Below the pieces are notes generated by a model, which was not told where the DNA came from, ran no database searches, and saw only the letters and a list, made by a program, of their open reading frames with translations. From a virus: a stretch of 34,872 bases of DNA. Shown here in pieces: positions 23,457 through 32,013 of the stretch. Numbering within the stretch: the first letter of the stretch is position 1; the number at the start of each line of letters is the position of its first letter. The stretch spans positions 1-34,872 of the IMG/VR virus record IMGVR_UViG_3300001200_000005. One strand, written 5' to 3'. A program made the translations under genes and the position numbers.

Positions 23457-24068
23457 TTAATTTTGTTGAAATAAGTCTTCTTGCTCCATTTTTGCTATGA
23501 TTTTATCATAGGCTAGGTCGTCGTTAAGTAAGCTTTTTAGCTCTTTAATTTCTTCTATGTTGTTAAATCTAATTCTAAAAGGTTCTGCGGTAATATATTG
23601 GTTAAAGTCTGACATCATCCAGTAAGTACTTCTTACTTCTAGGAAACATCTTCCATTTTCTACATTAAAAACAGCTATCGGGAGTACCAGAGAGTCCATG
23701 TATATGGTGTTTCCATAGGTAAATATAGCTTTTATTTTAGGGTCTTTGTAGGGTAATATTTGTCGGGTTATGTTTTCAACACCGTTGTTTAGTGCGGTTG
23801 CTTCCCATTTTGGAAATGTTTCTATTGCGTTGTCTAGTAAATTAATAAATCGATCTAGCCTATTAGGTTTTATAATTAACCACAAATAATCATACAAGCC
23901 TTCTTTTCTTGGGGTTTCAATTTTGTATATAATTTTATCGTTTAGGTTTAATTGGGCAACAACATCAAATGCTTTATCGTACATAAGTAGGTGGTAGTCC
24001 CCTACTTTAGCGTGTTGACTGTAAATAAAATTATAAAATAATAAAAAAGATGCTATTAAGTACTTCAT
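23457..24068 (-). CDS. secreted hypothetical protein (203 aa, signal peptide), moron downstream of the repressor
   Basis: N-terminus MKYLIASFLLFYNFIYSQ is signal-peptide-like. It starts 5 nt after the repressor stop on the same strand. Confidence 0.65.
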   Translation of the reverse strand: MKYLIASFLLFYNFIYSQHAKVGDYHLLMYDKAFDVVAQLNLNDKIIYKIETPRKEGLYDYLWLIIKPNRLDRFINLLDNAIETFPKWEATALNNGVENITRQILPYKDPKIKAIFTYGNTIYMDSLVLPIAVFNVENGRCFLEVRSTYWMMSDFNQYITAEPFRIRFNNIEEIKELKSLLNDDLAYDKIIAKMEQEDLFQQN

Positions 24069-24073
24069 ACCAA

Positions 24074-24703
24074 TTAGTCTTTAAAAACCCCTCCTAAAAC
24101 CAAGGCTATTCCGGTAATTTCTTCTTCAGGAATATCGAATGGTGGGTAGTCTTTGTTATCGGAAACAGCTAAGATATGGTTTTTTTTATCGCTGGGTAAC
24201 AGTCTTTTAATTAATATGCCTTGCTCTCTTGTAGCTACTGCGTGTACCCTATTCCATTGTATAAAGGTCGATTTTGTAATTACACTACAAGCAATGCGGT
24301 TGCCGGGGCTGTATTTGGGCTGCATGCTATCGCCTGTTACGGTAATGGCAAAAGTTATATTGTCGTTTTTAAAATCGGGTATTTCGTAATAGTGTATAAT
24401 GTCTTTTTCTTCAATACAAAACTCCAATGCGCCAAAACCTGCTACTGCTGTTGTGCTTACTAAAGGTATTTTTTTTGAAGTTTTTTGAAGTTTTTTATAG
24501 GTTGAATCAGGTTCTGTTAAAAAATTATTATAATTTTTACTAGTAAATGTATTTTTTAATAATTTCTTTTTACTATCTGGTATGGGGTATTTTCCGCTTT
24601 CCCATTTGGCTACAATAGCTAATGAAACCCCAATTTTACTAGCTAATTGAGATTGAGTTAAATTATTTTTTTTCCGTATTTCTTTTATATCTAAAGCTGT
24701 CAT
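24074..24703 (-). CDS. cI-like repressor: XRE-family HTH plus S24 (LexA-like) autopeptidase domain
   Basis: LTQSQLASKIGVSLAIVAKWESG forms the HTH. TGDSMQP and ILIKRL fit an S24 Ser/Lys dyad. The gene is divergent from the early operon. Confidence 0.85.
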   Translation of the reverse strand: MTALDIKEIRKKNNLTQSQLASKIGVSLAIVAKWESGKYPIPDSKKKLLKNTFTSKNYNNFLTEPDSTYKKLQKTSKKIPLVSTTAVAGFGALEFCIEEKDIIHYYEIPDFKNDNITFAITVTGDSMQPKYSPGNRIACSVITKSTFIQWNRVHAVATREQGILIKRLLPSDKKNHILAVSDNKDYPPFDIPEEEITGIALVLGGVFKD

Positions 24704-24759
24704 TTATATAAAATGATTTTTTTTACAAGTAAAATGTGTAATTTTAGTGGTAATTTTTA

Positions 24760-24786
24760 TATATTTGTCTTGTTGCTATTAACAAG
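24760..24786 (+). promoter_or_regulatory. Early rightward promoter -7 box with overlapping candidate operator
   Basis: TATATTTG (24760-24767) matches TAnnTTTG and is immediately followed by the inverted repeat CTTGTT-N6-AACAAG (24769-24786). A related half-site, TTACAAG, sits at 24723-24729. Confidence 0.5.
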
Positions 24787-24832
24787 GTAATAAAAAAGTG
24801 GCTTAAAATAAATTAATTAAGGTAATGTACTT

Positions 24833-25168
24833 ATGAAATTAAAAGACAGGTTAACGGCTACGGAATACAAAATAATGCGACAATTGTCGGAAGGATTAAT
24901 TGAAAAGGAAATTGCGGCTAAAAATTTTGTGAGTCCTAAAACGGTAAATGCACACACGTACAATATTAGAAAAAAGCTAAACGCTCGCGGGGTGGCCGAT
25001 TTGGTAAGGATTTTTATTTTGGATTTAAAAGATCCTAAAAAATACTTTGCAGCTATGGCTTTTCTGTGTTTGCAGTTAGGTATTGTTGCTACGTCGTTAG
25101 ATGTTGATTTGCGCAGGCCTAATGTAACTGCTCGTATGGTTAGGGCTAAAAGGGTGAAAAGAAGTTAA
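24833..25168 (+). CDS. LuxR/GerE-type HTH regulator with C-terminal hydrophobic segment (Cro position)
   Basis: LTATEYKIMRQLSEGLIEKEIAAKNFVSPKTVNAHTYNIRKKL is a GerE-type HTH. YFAAMAFLCLQLGIVATSL is hydrophobic. Confidence 0.7.
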   Translation: MKLKDRLTATEYKIMRQLSEGLIEKEIAAKNFVSPKTVNAHTYNIRKKLNARGVADLVRIFILDLKDPKKYFAAMAFLCLQLGIVATSLDVDLRRPNVTARMVRAKRVKRS

Positions 25169-25170
25169 AA

Positions 25171-25422
25171 ATGAGGGGTAAAAAACTAGAGGATTTAAAG
25201 CTGGAATTATCCCAAGTGTTAGAAGTTGCTAAAAGGTTTGGGGTAAGCCATACCGAGGTGGCTTCGGAAAACGATATGGGCTACTCACATTTGCTATACA
25301 TAAGAAAGGGTGAGCGCCTTACGGTAGATAATGAGCGTAACCGCGAAGTTTTATCGGGTATTATTAAATCGTATAAAAATAAATTAACGGAAAAAAAAGC
25401 TTTGCTACAGCAGCTAGATTAA
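25171..25422 (+). CDS. hypothetical protein (83 aa), possible small DNA-binding protein
   Basis: Intact ORF tightly packed after the regulator. Confidence 0.5.
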   Translation: MRGKKLEDLKLELSQVLEVAKRFGVSHTEVASENDMGYSHLLYIRKGERLTVDNERNREVLSGIIKSYKNKLTEKKALLQQLD

Positions 25423-25428
25423 AAAACT

Positions 25429-25578
25429 ATGGAAACAAATAAATTGGTTGAGTTTGTAAGTTATGTAATGCTAATTGTATTGTGTACTTACGGTGTTTGT
25501 GTAAAGGGGGTATCGTTTTGGTGTTTTTTGGTTTGTTATCTGTTGCTTGGTGTGGCAAAGGGGTTAACTAATGAATAA
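25429..25578 (+). CDS. possible small membrane protein (49 aa)
   Basis: Hand-translated ORF METNKLVEFVSYVMLIVLCTYGVCVKGVSFWCFLVCYLLLGVAKGLTNE that fills an otherwise empty gap. Confidence 0.35.
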   Translation: METNKLVEFVSYVMLIVLCTYGVCVKGVSFWCFLVCYLLLGVAKGLTNE

Positions 25579-25583
25579 TAATT

Positions 25584-25841
25584 ATGTTTTTGTTTTTTAA
25601 ATCAAATAAACAAAGTGCGTTGCCTTTAAAGTGTAAATCGTGGAAGGTGATTACTGCTTTTCGGTCTTTGGGTTTTAAGCGTTGTGCTTTTGTGGAAATG
25701 TGTGTGGCTCGTTATCCGGAGTTTAATAACCCTAATGGTCGTGATTATTTAAGGGCTTACTGGGAAGGTAAGGTGGATTTGTGTCCCTTGTTTGTTTCTA
25801 AAATAAATAGTGTGTACGAAAGTGTTGCTTTGGGTTGTTAA
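25584..25841 (+). CDS. hypothetical protein (85 aa)
   Basis: Intact ORF. Confidence 0.5.
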   Translation: MFLFFKSNKQSALPLKCKSWKVITAFRSLGFKRCAFVEMCVARYPEFNNPNGRDYLRAYWEGKVDLCPLFVSKINSVYESVALGC

Positions 25842-25853
25842 TGTGGTAAGGTT

Positions 25854-26198
25854 ATGACTGGATTGATAAGAGTTGAAGATTTTATGGAGCACCTTAAGAG
25901 TAACGGAATGGTTATCGTTTCGGAAAAGCTTTTGGGTGCGGCTGATAAACAGGCTAAGTTGAAGCAATTGCATCGTGAATACGCTACTAAGCAATGGTTT
26001 ACTTATGTAGATATTGAAAAGGCACAATTGTTTGGGGTAATAAAGCGAAAAGCAATTGCGGTAATAGTCCGTAAAAACTTACGAGAAAATCAAGATTATA
26101 TAATTAGCGATTTTGGTAAGCATGGGCGTACTAAAGTGCACCGTACTGCTGTTGAAAGGATAATGGCTATTCGTGGTATTACTTGGCTTAATTTATAG
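25854..26198 (+). CDS. hypothetical protein (114 aa)
   Basis: Intact ORF in the early operon. Confidence 0.55.
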   Translation: MTGLIRVEDFMEHLKSNGMVIVSEKLLGAADKQAKLKQLHREYATKQWFTYVDIEKAQLFGVIKRKAIAVIVRKNLRENQDYIISDFGKHGRTKVHRTAVERIMAIRGITWLNL

Positions 26199-26201
26199 GG
26201 T

Positions 26202-26855
26202 ATGAAAAAAGTAAAGTGGACTGAAAATCAAGTGAAGTATTTAGTTAAAAACTATGCAGATACTGATAATGCTGTTTTGGCTAAATATTTTAGATGTAAT
26301 CTTCATCGTATATCAAACAAGGCTTATGCACTTGGTTTAAAAAAATCGTTAGCATATAGGCAAGAGCAGGCTAAAAGAATGATACCTGCGGGCGCTGCGT
26401 ATAGGTTTAAAAAGGGACATATTCCTGTAAATAAAGGTCGTAAAGGTTGGTATCCGCCTGGTTGTGAGAAAAATTGGTTTAAAAAAGGTCATAAACCTCA
26501 TAATTATAAAACAGGTGAGTTTTTGTCTAAGGATGGCTACGTGGTTATGTCTATTGGTGAGGGAAAACAAAAGCTTAAGCATATATATAATTGGGAACAG
26601 CTCAATGGACCTCTGCCTAAAGGGCATTGTCTTAATTTTTTAGATGGCGACCGTACCAATACTAATGTGGAAAACTTAGAGCTTATAACTAGAGCGGAGT
26701 TGTTAAGGAGAAATATGCTTAGTGATAGTTGTATTGCTAAAAAGCAATTGGGTGCCACTAGTGATAAAGACGTGGCTACATTGAAAAAGATAGCCCCGCA
26801 ACTTATAAAAATAAAACGTAACGAATTATTAATTAAAGAGAAACTAAAAAAATGA
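26202..26855 (+). CDS. HNH homing endonuclease (HNH_3-type)
   Basis: ...KHIYNWEQLNGPLPKGHCLNFLDGDRTNTNVENLELITRAEL matches the HNH_3 signature of phage homing endonucleases. Confidence 0.75.
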   Translation: MKKVKWTENQVKYLVKNYADTDNAVLAKYFRCNLHRISNKAYALGLKKSLAYRQEQAKRMIPAGAAYRFKKGHIPVNKGRKGWYPPGCEKNWFKKGHKPHNYKTGEFLSKDGYVVMSIGEGKQKLKHIYNWEQLNGPLPKGHCLNFLDGDRTNTNVENLELITRAELLRRNMLSDSCIAKKQLGATSDKDVATLKKIAPQLIKIKRNELLIKEKLKK

Positions 26856-27298
26856 CAAAGCAAGAAGTAAGAGATCGGTCTGTAGGTAAATTTACAGTTT
26901 TTAAAGAGAAGATAGTTAAAATAATTGGTGTGAGTCGCAATGGTAACGTGTTTAATTTTGGTTTAGATGCTGGATTAGGTATAATTTCTAAAAGAGAGCA
27001 TGAGTTAGTTGTGTTTTTAGATAGTCTTTCAGATAGCTTGGGTTGTGATTTGGCTGTTAGTGGTAAAAAAGATGTTTCAAAATCATTGGTGTATCATGCT
27101 TCGGGTTACGTGCCTAATCAGCATATGAATACTATTAGCGATGGTTTAATGAAGTTGTTCAACTCTTTAGAAAACAGTGAGGGAGAGGAATTAGATAAGA
27201 TTACATCGAAAATAGAAACGGCTTGTTTAGTTTCTGATGCTATGGTAAAAATGGAAATGGCAACTATTAAGGGGTTAGGTTTAATAAATAAGATATAA
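26852..27298 (+). CDS. hypothetical protein (148 aa)
   Basis: Intact ORF whose start and stop both overlap the neighbouring genes. Confidence 0.55.
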   Translation: MTKQEVRDRSVGKFTVFKEKIVKIIGVSRNGNVFNFGLDAGLGIISKREHELVVFLDSLSDSLGCDLAVSGKKDVSKSLVYHASGYVPNQHMNTISDGLMKLFNSLENSEGEELDKITSKIETACLVSDAMVKMEMATIKGLGLINKI

Positions 27299-28065
27299 TG
27301 GCGCTAACCTATACTAATATTCAGCATGGCTTTAGGAAGCGAAATAAGCTTAGTTTAAACGAGTATGTGCTTTGTGATATGATTTATTTTTTGTCTAATA
27401 AAATAGATTCAGATGTGCCTGGTTGGTGTTATATGACGCGTGTAAATATGGCGGCAGAAATAGGGCTTTCTAAGCGGTGTGTAATGAATATTATTAACCG
27501 ATTAATTGAGGATCGATTTTTGCAAAAAAATGCAAATACAGGCTATTTAAAAACCTCAAAAAAATGGCAAAAAGTGTACTTTTTTGATGGTGAAAAAAGT
27601 GCACCTAATCAACAAAACAACCCGTGCACCAACGGTGCAGAAAGTGCACCCAACACGGTGCAGAAAGTGCACCCCAACGGTGCAGAAAGTGCACCCAATA
27701 ATAATATATATAATAATATATATAATAATATCTCTCTTAAGAGAGAAAAAGAGTTTAAAATTTTTGAAAATGAAAATCCAATCATATTCGAATCGATATT
27801 TAAATCGTTCTCTTTTGTTGAAAATTTACAACGTGCTTTAAGGGCGGATAGTCTTAAGTTTAAAACCTCTGATTTGGCGCCAATAATTTTTAAGTTTTAT
27901 TCGGATAATTTTTATGGTCAAAATTTAAATGCCCACAAGGGAATAATTGCTACTCGTTGTATTGCTTATGTAAAAGCTGTTATTTCCTCTGGGGGATTAA
28001 AAAATAATCAGCATGCAGACCAGTCAGAAAGCTATAGAAAAACAAACTCAGGTAAAATTTTATAA
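27298..28065 (+). CDS. putative replication initiator (winged-helix N-terminal domain) containing the origin
   Basis: N-terminal wHTH-like segment (MTRVNMAAEIGLSKRCVMNIINRLIEDRFL). Iterons and an AT-rich tract are embedded mid-gene, and DnaB lies immediately downstream, as in the lambda O/ori arrangement. Confidence 0.6.
   Translation: MALTYTNIQHGFRKRNKLSLNEYVLCDMIYFLSNKIDSDVPGWCYMTRVNMAAEIGLSKRCVMNIINRLIEDRFLQKNANTGYLKTSKKWQKVYFFDGEKSAPNQQNNPCTNGAESAPNTVQKVHPNGAESAPNNNIYNNIYNNISLKREKEFKIFENENPIIFESIFKSFSFVENLQRALRADSLKFKTSDLAPIIFKFYSDNFYGQNLNAHKGIIATRCIAYVKAVISSGGLKNNQHADQSESYRKTNSGKIL
27589..27746. promoter_or_regulatory. Putative origin of replication: iterons, 100% A/T tract and palindrome
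   Basis: CGGTGCAGAAAGTGCACCC occurs three times exactly (27633-27651, 27656-27674, 27678-27696), and each copy contains the inverted repeat GGTGCA-N5-TGCACC. A degenerate copy GGTGAAAAAAGTGCACC lies at 27589-27605. A 35-bp pure A/T run (27697-27731) contains 12-bp repeats of aataatatatat. A 16-bp perfect palindrome TCTCTCTTAAGAGAGA lies at 27731-27746. Confidence 0.7.
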
Positions 28066-28067
28066 TT

Positions 28068-29447
28068 ATGGATTTTAAAAACTTACCTCAGGCGATTGAT
28101 ATTGAAAAGGCGGTTTTAGGTGAAATTTTAACCTACGAATATGCGCAAAACGAAGCGCTTAATATTTTAAAACATTCGGATGTGTTTCATGATCCTAAGC
28201 ACATAATTATTTTTGAAGCTATTGATTTGCTGTTTTCAAGTAATTTAAAAATTGATTTGCTAACGGTAAGTAATGCTATATCAAAAGAAAAATTAAATTT
28301 TATTGGTGGGCATTTTTATTTGGTTGAGCTTATGCAGTTAGTAGCAAGCGGTGCCCATATAGAATTTCATTGTAGGCTATTACAGCAATTTTATATAAAA
28401 CGCAAAATAATTTTAGAAGCTTCACGCTTAATTCGATTAGCTAGTGATGAAGACTATGATAGCTTAAAATTGTTGGATGATGCTGCTGATTCTATGACTG
28501 TTATTTCGGATAGAATATTGGCAGATAAAAAACAAATTACTTTGCCAGAAGCCTTGGTGCGGGTCGAGCAGCGTGTGGAGTTGCTTTCAAATAAACAAAG
28601 TGAAGAAATACTTGGATTAAAAACAGGGTTTAAGAAGTTAGATGCTGTTACAGGTGGATGGCAAAATGAGGCGTTAATTGTTATTGCAGCACGTCCAGGT
28701 ATGGGTAAGTCTGCGTTAACTTCTAGGTTTATTTTAGAAAATGCATTGGTTGGCGATGCTGTGGGTGTTATTTCTTTAGAAATGTCTACCGTGCAATTCG
28801 TTACGCGTTTGGTAAGTAATAATTCTAATTATCATTTAAATCAGTTATTTAAGAATGGTTTTGAAAAAGAAGAGTATTTCGCCGGGCTTAAGCAGTTGAA
28901 CGAGTCAATGAAGTCTTTGCCTATATATTTTAATGAAACACCGTCTTTAGATATCCGATCGGTGGTATCGCAAGCTAGGACATGGAAGCGGGAAAAGGAC
29001 TTAAAAATATTAATTATAGATTATTTGCAGCTTATAACTGTTAGTGCTTCAAAGGGTAATCGTGAGCAAGAGATTGCTTTGATTAGTAGAACGTTAAAAG
29101 CATTGGCTAAGGAATTAAAAATCCCTGTAATAGCTTTAGCGCAACTGTCCAGGTCGGTAGAAACTAGAGGTGGCTCAAAACGTCCAATGTTGAGTGATCT
29201 TAGGGAGTCGGGAGCAATAGAACAGGATGCGGATGTTGTTGCTTTTATTTATCGTGCGGCTTATTATAATACAGAAGTAGATGAAGATATTAATGTTGCT
29301 GGAGGTAATACTGAATTTATTTTAGCGAAGCATCGTGCGGGTAGTTTAGGTACTATCCCAATGTGGTTTAACGAGAATAAAACAAAGTTTGAAGATCCTG
29401 AGGTGATAGAGGCGGAATTTAAAACGTACAACAATGTGTCCTATTAA
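28068..29447 (+). CDS. dnaB: replicative DNA helicase, DnaB family
   Basis: 459 aa. Walker A motif AARPGMGKSAL, plus the LKTGFKKLD and IIDYLQL motifs typical of DnaB. Confidence 0.9.
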   Translation: MDFKNLPQAIDIEKAVLGEILTYEYAQNEALNILKHSDVFHDPKHIIIFEAIDLLFSSNLKIDLLTVSNAISKEKLNFIGGHFYLVELMQLVASGAHIEFHCRLLQQFYIKRKIILEASRLIRLASDEDYDSLKLLDDAADSMTVISDRILADKKQITLPEALVRVEQRVELLSNKQSEEILGLKTGFKKLDAVTGGWQNEALIVIAARPGMGKSALTSRFILENALVGDAVGVISLEMSTVQFVTRLVSNNSNYHLNQLFKNGFEKEEYFAGLKQLNESMKSLPIYFNETPSLDIRSVVSQARTWKREKDLKILIIDYLQLITVSASKGNREQEIALISRTLKALAKELKIPVIALAQLSRSVETRGGSKRPMLSDLRESGAIEQDADVVAFIYRAAYYNTEVDEDINVAGGNTEFILAKHRAGSLGTIPMWFNENKTKFEDPEVIEAEFKTYNNVSY

Positions 29448-29769
29448 GCCAGTAAATAAAAAGCTAAGCTTTGTACCTAAGTGTGAGCCGTTTAAACGTA
29501 CACAAAATAATCATAAGTTGTATAACACACGTAAGTGGCAAAAGTTACGTCGTATGTTTTTAAATGTTAATCCGCTATGTGTAGCGTGCAAGGCTAAAGG
29601 CTTTACAAAGCCAGCTACTGTGGTTGATCACGTAGTTAGATACAAAGAAGGTGATGATTTCTATGATGAAAGTAATTGGCAGCCAATGTGTGCTAAGCAT
29701 CACAATGAGAAATCTGCGGCGGAGTCAAGGGGTATGGGTCATAAACATGATTACAGGGCGAATTTGTAA
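29434..29769 (+). CDS. HNH endonuclease (terminase-associated type)
   Basis: CVACKAKG...VDHV...NWQPMCAKHHNEKS gives HNH with Cys pairs. It lies immediately upstream of the terminase genes, as in HK97-like cos phages. Confidence 0.8.
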   Translation: MCPIKPVNKKLSFVPKCEPFKRTQNNHKLYNTRKWQKLRRMFLNVNPLCVACKAKGFTKPATVVDHVVRYKEGDDFYDESNWQPMCAKHHNEKSAAESRGMGHKHDYRANL

Positions 29770-29810
29770 ATCGCAATCCAATGCAAATTTTACTAAGTGT
29801 GATTTTTTAA

Positions 29811-29820
29811 GGGGGGGGGG
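29811..29820. repeat. G10 homopolymer in the HNH-terS intergenic region
   Basis: Ten consecutive G, counted directly from the sequence. Confidence 0.95.
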
Positions 29821-29847
29821 TAACAAATTGATAATTAAATATTTATT

Positions 29848-30291
29848 ATGAAAATAGCGCATATAGGTAAAGGAAGTGAGATGTTGCAGGAGCTACCCGC
29901 TCCACCAACAATTATGTCGGTTGCTGCTAAGAAATATTATAATAAGCTTGGAGCCATGCTTATTAAAGCGGGTCTTTTGAAAGAAATACACTTAGTTACG
30001 CTAGAAATGTTCGCCACCAATTACGAACAATGGTGCTGGTCGGTAAAAGCAATAGCTTTAAAAAATAGGAAAAAAATGGGTACCGGTTTTATGCAAAAAT
30101 ACAGTAGTGGTGCTACTAACATTACAACAGAGCTAGCAGTAAAACGTAATGCGGAAGATGCTTTGGCAAAAAACATAAAAGCGTTCGGTTTAGATCCTTT
30201 AAGCGAAAAGGCTTTAAAAGCTACAACAGACCCTGCGCAAACTGATTTATTTGCTGATTTTGAAAAGGCTATGTCTAAAAAATTAGGATAA
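29848..30291 (+). CDS. terS: terminase small subunit (P27 family-like)
   Basis: 147 aa directly upstream of the large terminase. The AAKKYYNKLGAMLIKAGLL...LEMFATNYEQW pattern is typical of the P27 family. Confidence 0.7.
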   Translation: MKIAHIGKGSEMLQELPAPPTIMSVAAKKYYNKLGAMLIKAGLLKEIHLVTLEMFATNYEQWCWSVKAIALKNRKKMGTGFMQKYSSGATNITTELAVKRNAEDALAKNIKAFGLDPLSEKALKATTDPAQTDLFADFEKAMSKKLG

Positions 30292-32013
30292 ATGAATATA
30301 TCTAACGAAATTTTACAATCTATTCCATGGCAATATGCTTCCGATGTACGTTCTGGTAAACTTACTGTAGGGCGCTATATAAAGTTAGCGGTGAATAGGT
30401 TTTACAAGTTAGCGGAAGATTCGGAGTCTAAAGGTTACAGGCTTAATCACCAGGAAGGAATGAAGCCAATAGTATTTGCGGAATTCTTTATTAAACACAC
30501 TAAAGGGCCTGTGTCTGGGGAGTCATTTGTATTATCTCCTTATCAGCAGTTTACTATTTACAACATTTGTGCTTGGCAAAAGAAAAATTTAAAAGGCGAA
30601 TGGGTACGAGTAATAAAAACGATTTACGAAAAGGTAGCCCGTAAAAATGGAAAGACTGCAGTGTTAGCTTTTTTAGCGCTGTACTTTCAGTGTATGGATG
30701 CAGAGCAAGCTCCTGAAATTTATGTTGGAGCTACAAAAGAAGCACAGGCGAAAATACTTTGGGACCAGGCGTATCAATTTGTGTTTAAAAGTCAAAAGTT
30801 GCGCCAGCTAGGTTTTAAAAATACACAACGAGAAATTCGATTTACTAAAAATTTAGGAAAATTTAGCTTCTTGGGTGGGGATAGTAAAACGCTCGATGGT
30901 TTCTCTCCCAATTTCGTGGCGTTAGATGAATACCACTCTCACAAAACCGACGGTGTGAGGGAAGTAATGGAATCTGCAATGGGTGCTAGAAAGCAACCAT
31001 TAATGTATATTATCACAACGGCGGGCTTCAATACTTTTAGCGTATGCAAATTGTACGAAGATGTATGTAAGGAAATTTTGGAAGGTCAAAAAGAGGATGA
31101 TAGTACCTTTATAATGATACATGGGTTGGATGCTGAAGACGACTGGGAGGATGAAAATAACTGGGTAAAAGCAAACCCGAATTTAGGGGTTAGTGTTTCT
31201 TTAGATTATTTACGTACGGAATTTCAAAAAGCAAAAAATCAACCTTCTAAAATACCAAATTTTAAAACAAAGCATTTAAACCTATGGGTTGATGCGGAAA
31301 AGGTTTGGATTCCGCAGGAAATTTGGAACAAAAATAAGGTAAATGAGGTGCCTAAAGAGGTGTTTTTTAAATATGGAGCTTACGCTGGGTTGGATTTAAG
31401 TACTACTACCGATATAACTGCTTATGTTCCTGTAAGTGAGCCTGATTCAGATGGTGTAAGATATATAAAACCCTTCTTTTTTTGTCCTAAAGATACTATT
31501 GAAAAACGTAGTAAAGAAGATAGGGTTCCTTACCAATATTGGGTAGATAATGGGTATTTAATAGCTACACCAGGCAATACTGTAGATTATGACTACGTAA
31601 AAGATAAAATTAAAGAAACGTATTTTGAATTAGGAGTAAAAGAAGTGCAAATAGACCAATATAACGCTTCCCACATGGCTAACCAATTGCAGGAGGATGG
31701 TATTAAATGTGCCTTTTATTCGCAAGGGATAATGAGTATGAGTTATCCTACAAAGACTTTTGAAAAATTGGTTTATGAGGGTAAGTTAAAACACGATGGA
31801 CACCCTATACTAGCTTGGATGTTAAGTGGTGCGGTTATTTATGAGGATGCAAATGAGAATATAAAAGTACATAAAGGGCAATCTAACCGAAGTGGTAAAA
31901 AACGTGTAGATGGCATAGTAGCCACAGTAATGGCAATAGGGGCCAGTATAAGTTTGCAAGATAATAGCGGAAATAGCCAGTATAACAATGATAATAATGA
32001 AATTTATATCTAA
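30292..32013 (+). CDS. terL: terminase large subunit
   Basis: 573 aa. Walker A-like ARKNGKTAV and Walker B-like FVALDEYH, with a C-terminal nuclease region. The size is typical of the Terminase_1 family. Confidence 0.9.
   Translation: MNISNEILQSIPWQYASDVRSGKLTVGRYIKLAVNRFYKLAEDSESKGYRLNHQEGMKPIVFAEFFIKHTKGPVSGESFVLSPYQQFTIYNICAWQKKNLKGEWVRVIKTIYEKVARKNGKTAVLAFLALYFQCMDAEQAPEIYVGATKEAQAKILWDQAYQFVFKSQKLRQLGFKNTQREIRFTKNLGKFSFLGGDSKTLDGFSPNFVALDEYHSHKTDGVREVMESAMGARKQPLMYIITTAGFNTFSVCKLYEDVCKEILEGQKEDDSTFIMIHGLDAEDDWEDENNWVKANPNLGVSVSLDYLRTEFQKAKNQPSKIPNFKTKHLNLWVDAEKVWIPQEIWNKNKVNEVPKEVFFKYGAYAGLDLSTTTDITAYVPVSEPDSDGVRYIKPFFFCPKDTIEKRSKEDRVPYQYWVDNGYLIATPGNTVDYDYVKDKIKETYFELGVKEVQIDQYNASHMANQLQEDGIKCAFYSQGIMSMSYPTKTFEKLVYEGKLKHDGHPILAWMLSGAVIYEDANENIKVHKGQSNRSGKKRVDGIVATVMAIGASISLQDNSGNSQYNNDNNEIYI

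Noticed and set aside
27584-27841. Alternative-frame ORF of 85 aa across the iterons.
   Set aside because: It is an artefact of the repeated iteron and AT-repeat DNA inside the initiator gene. It lies wholly within a better-supported longer ORF.
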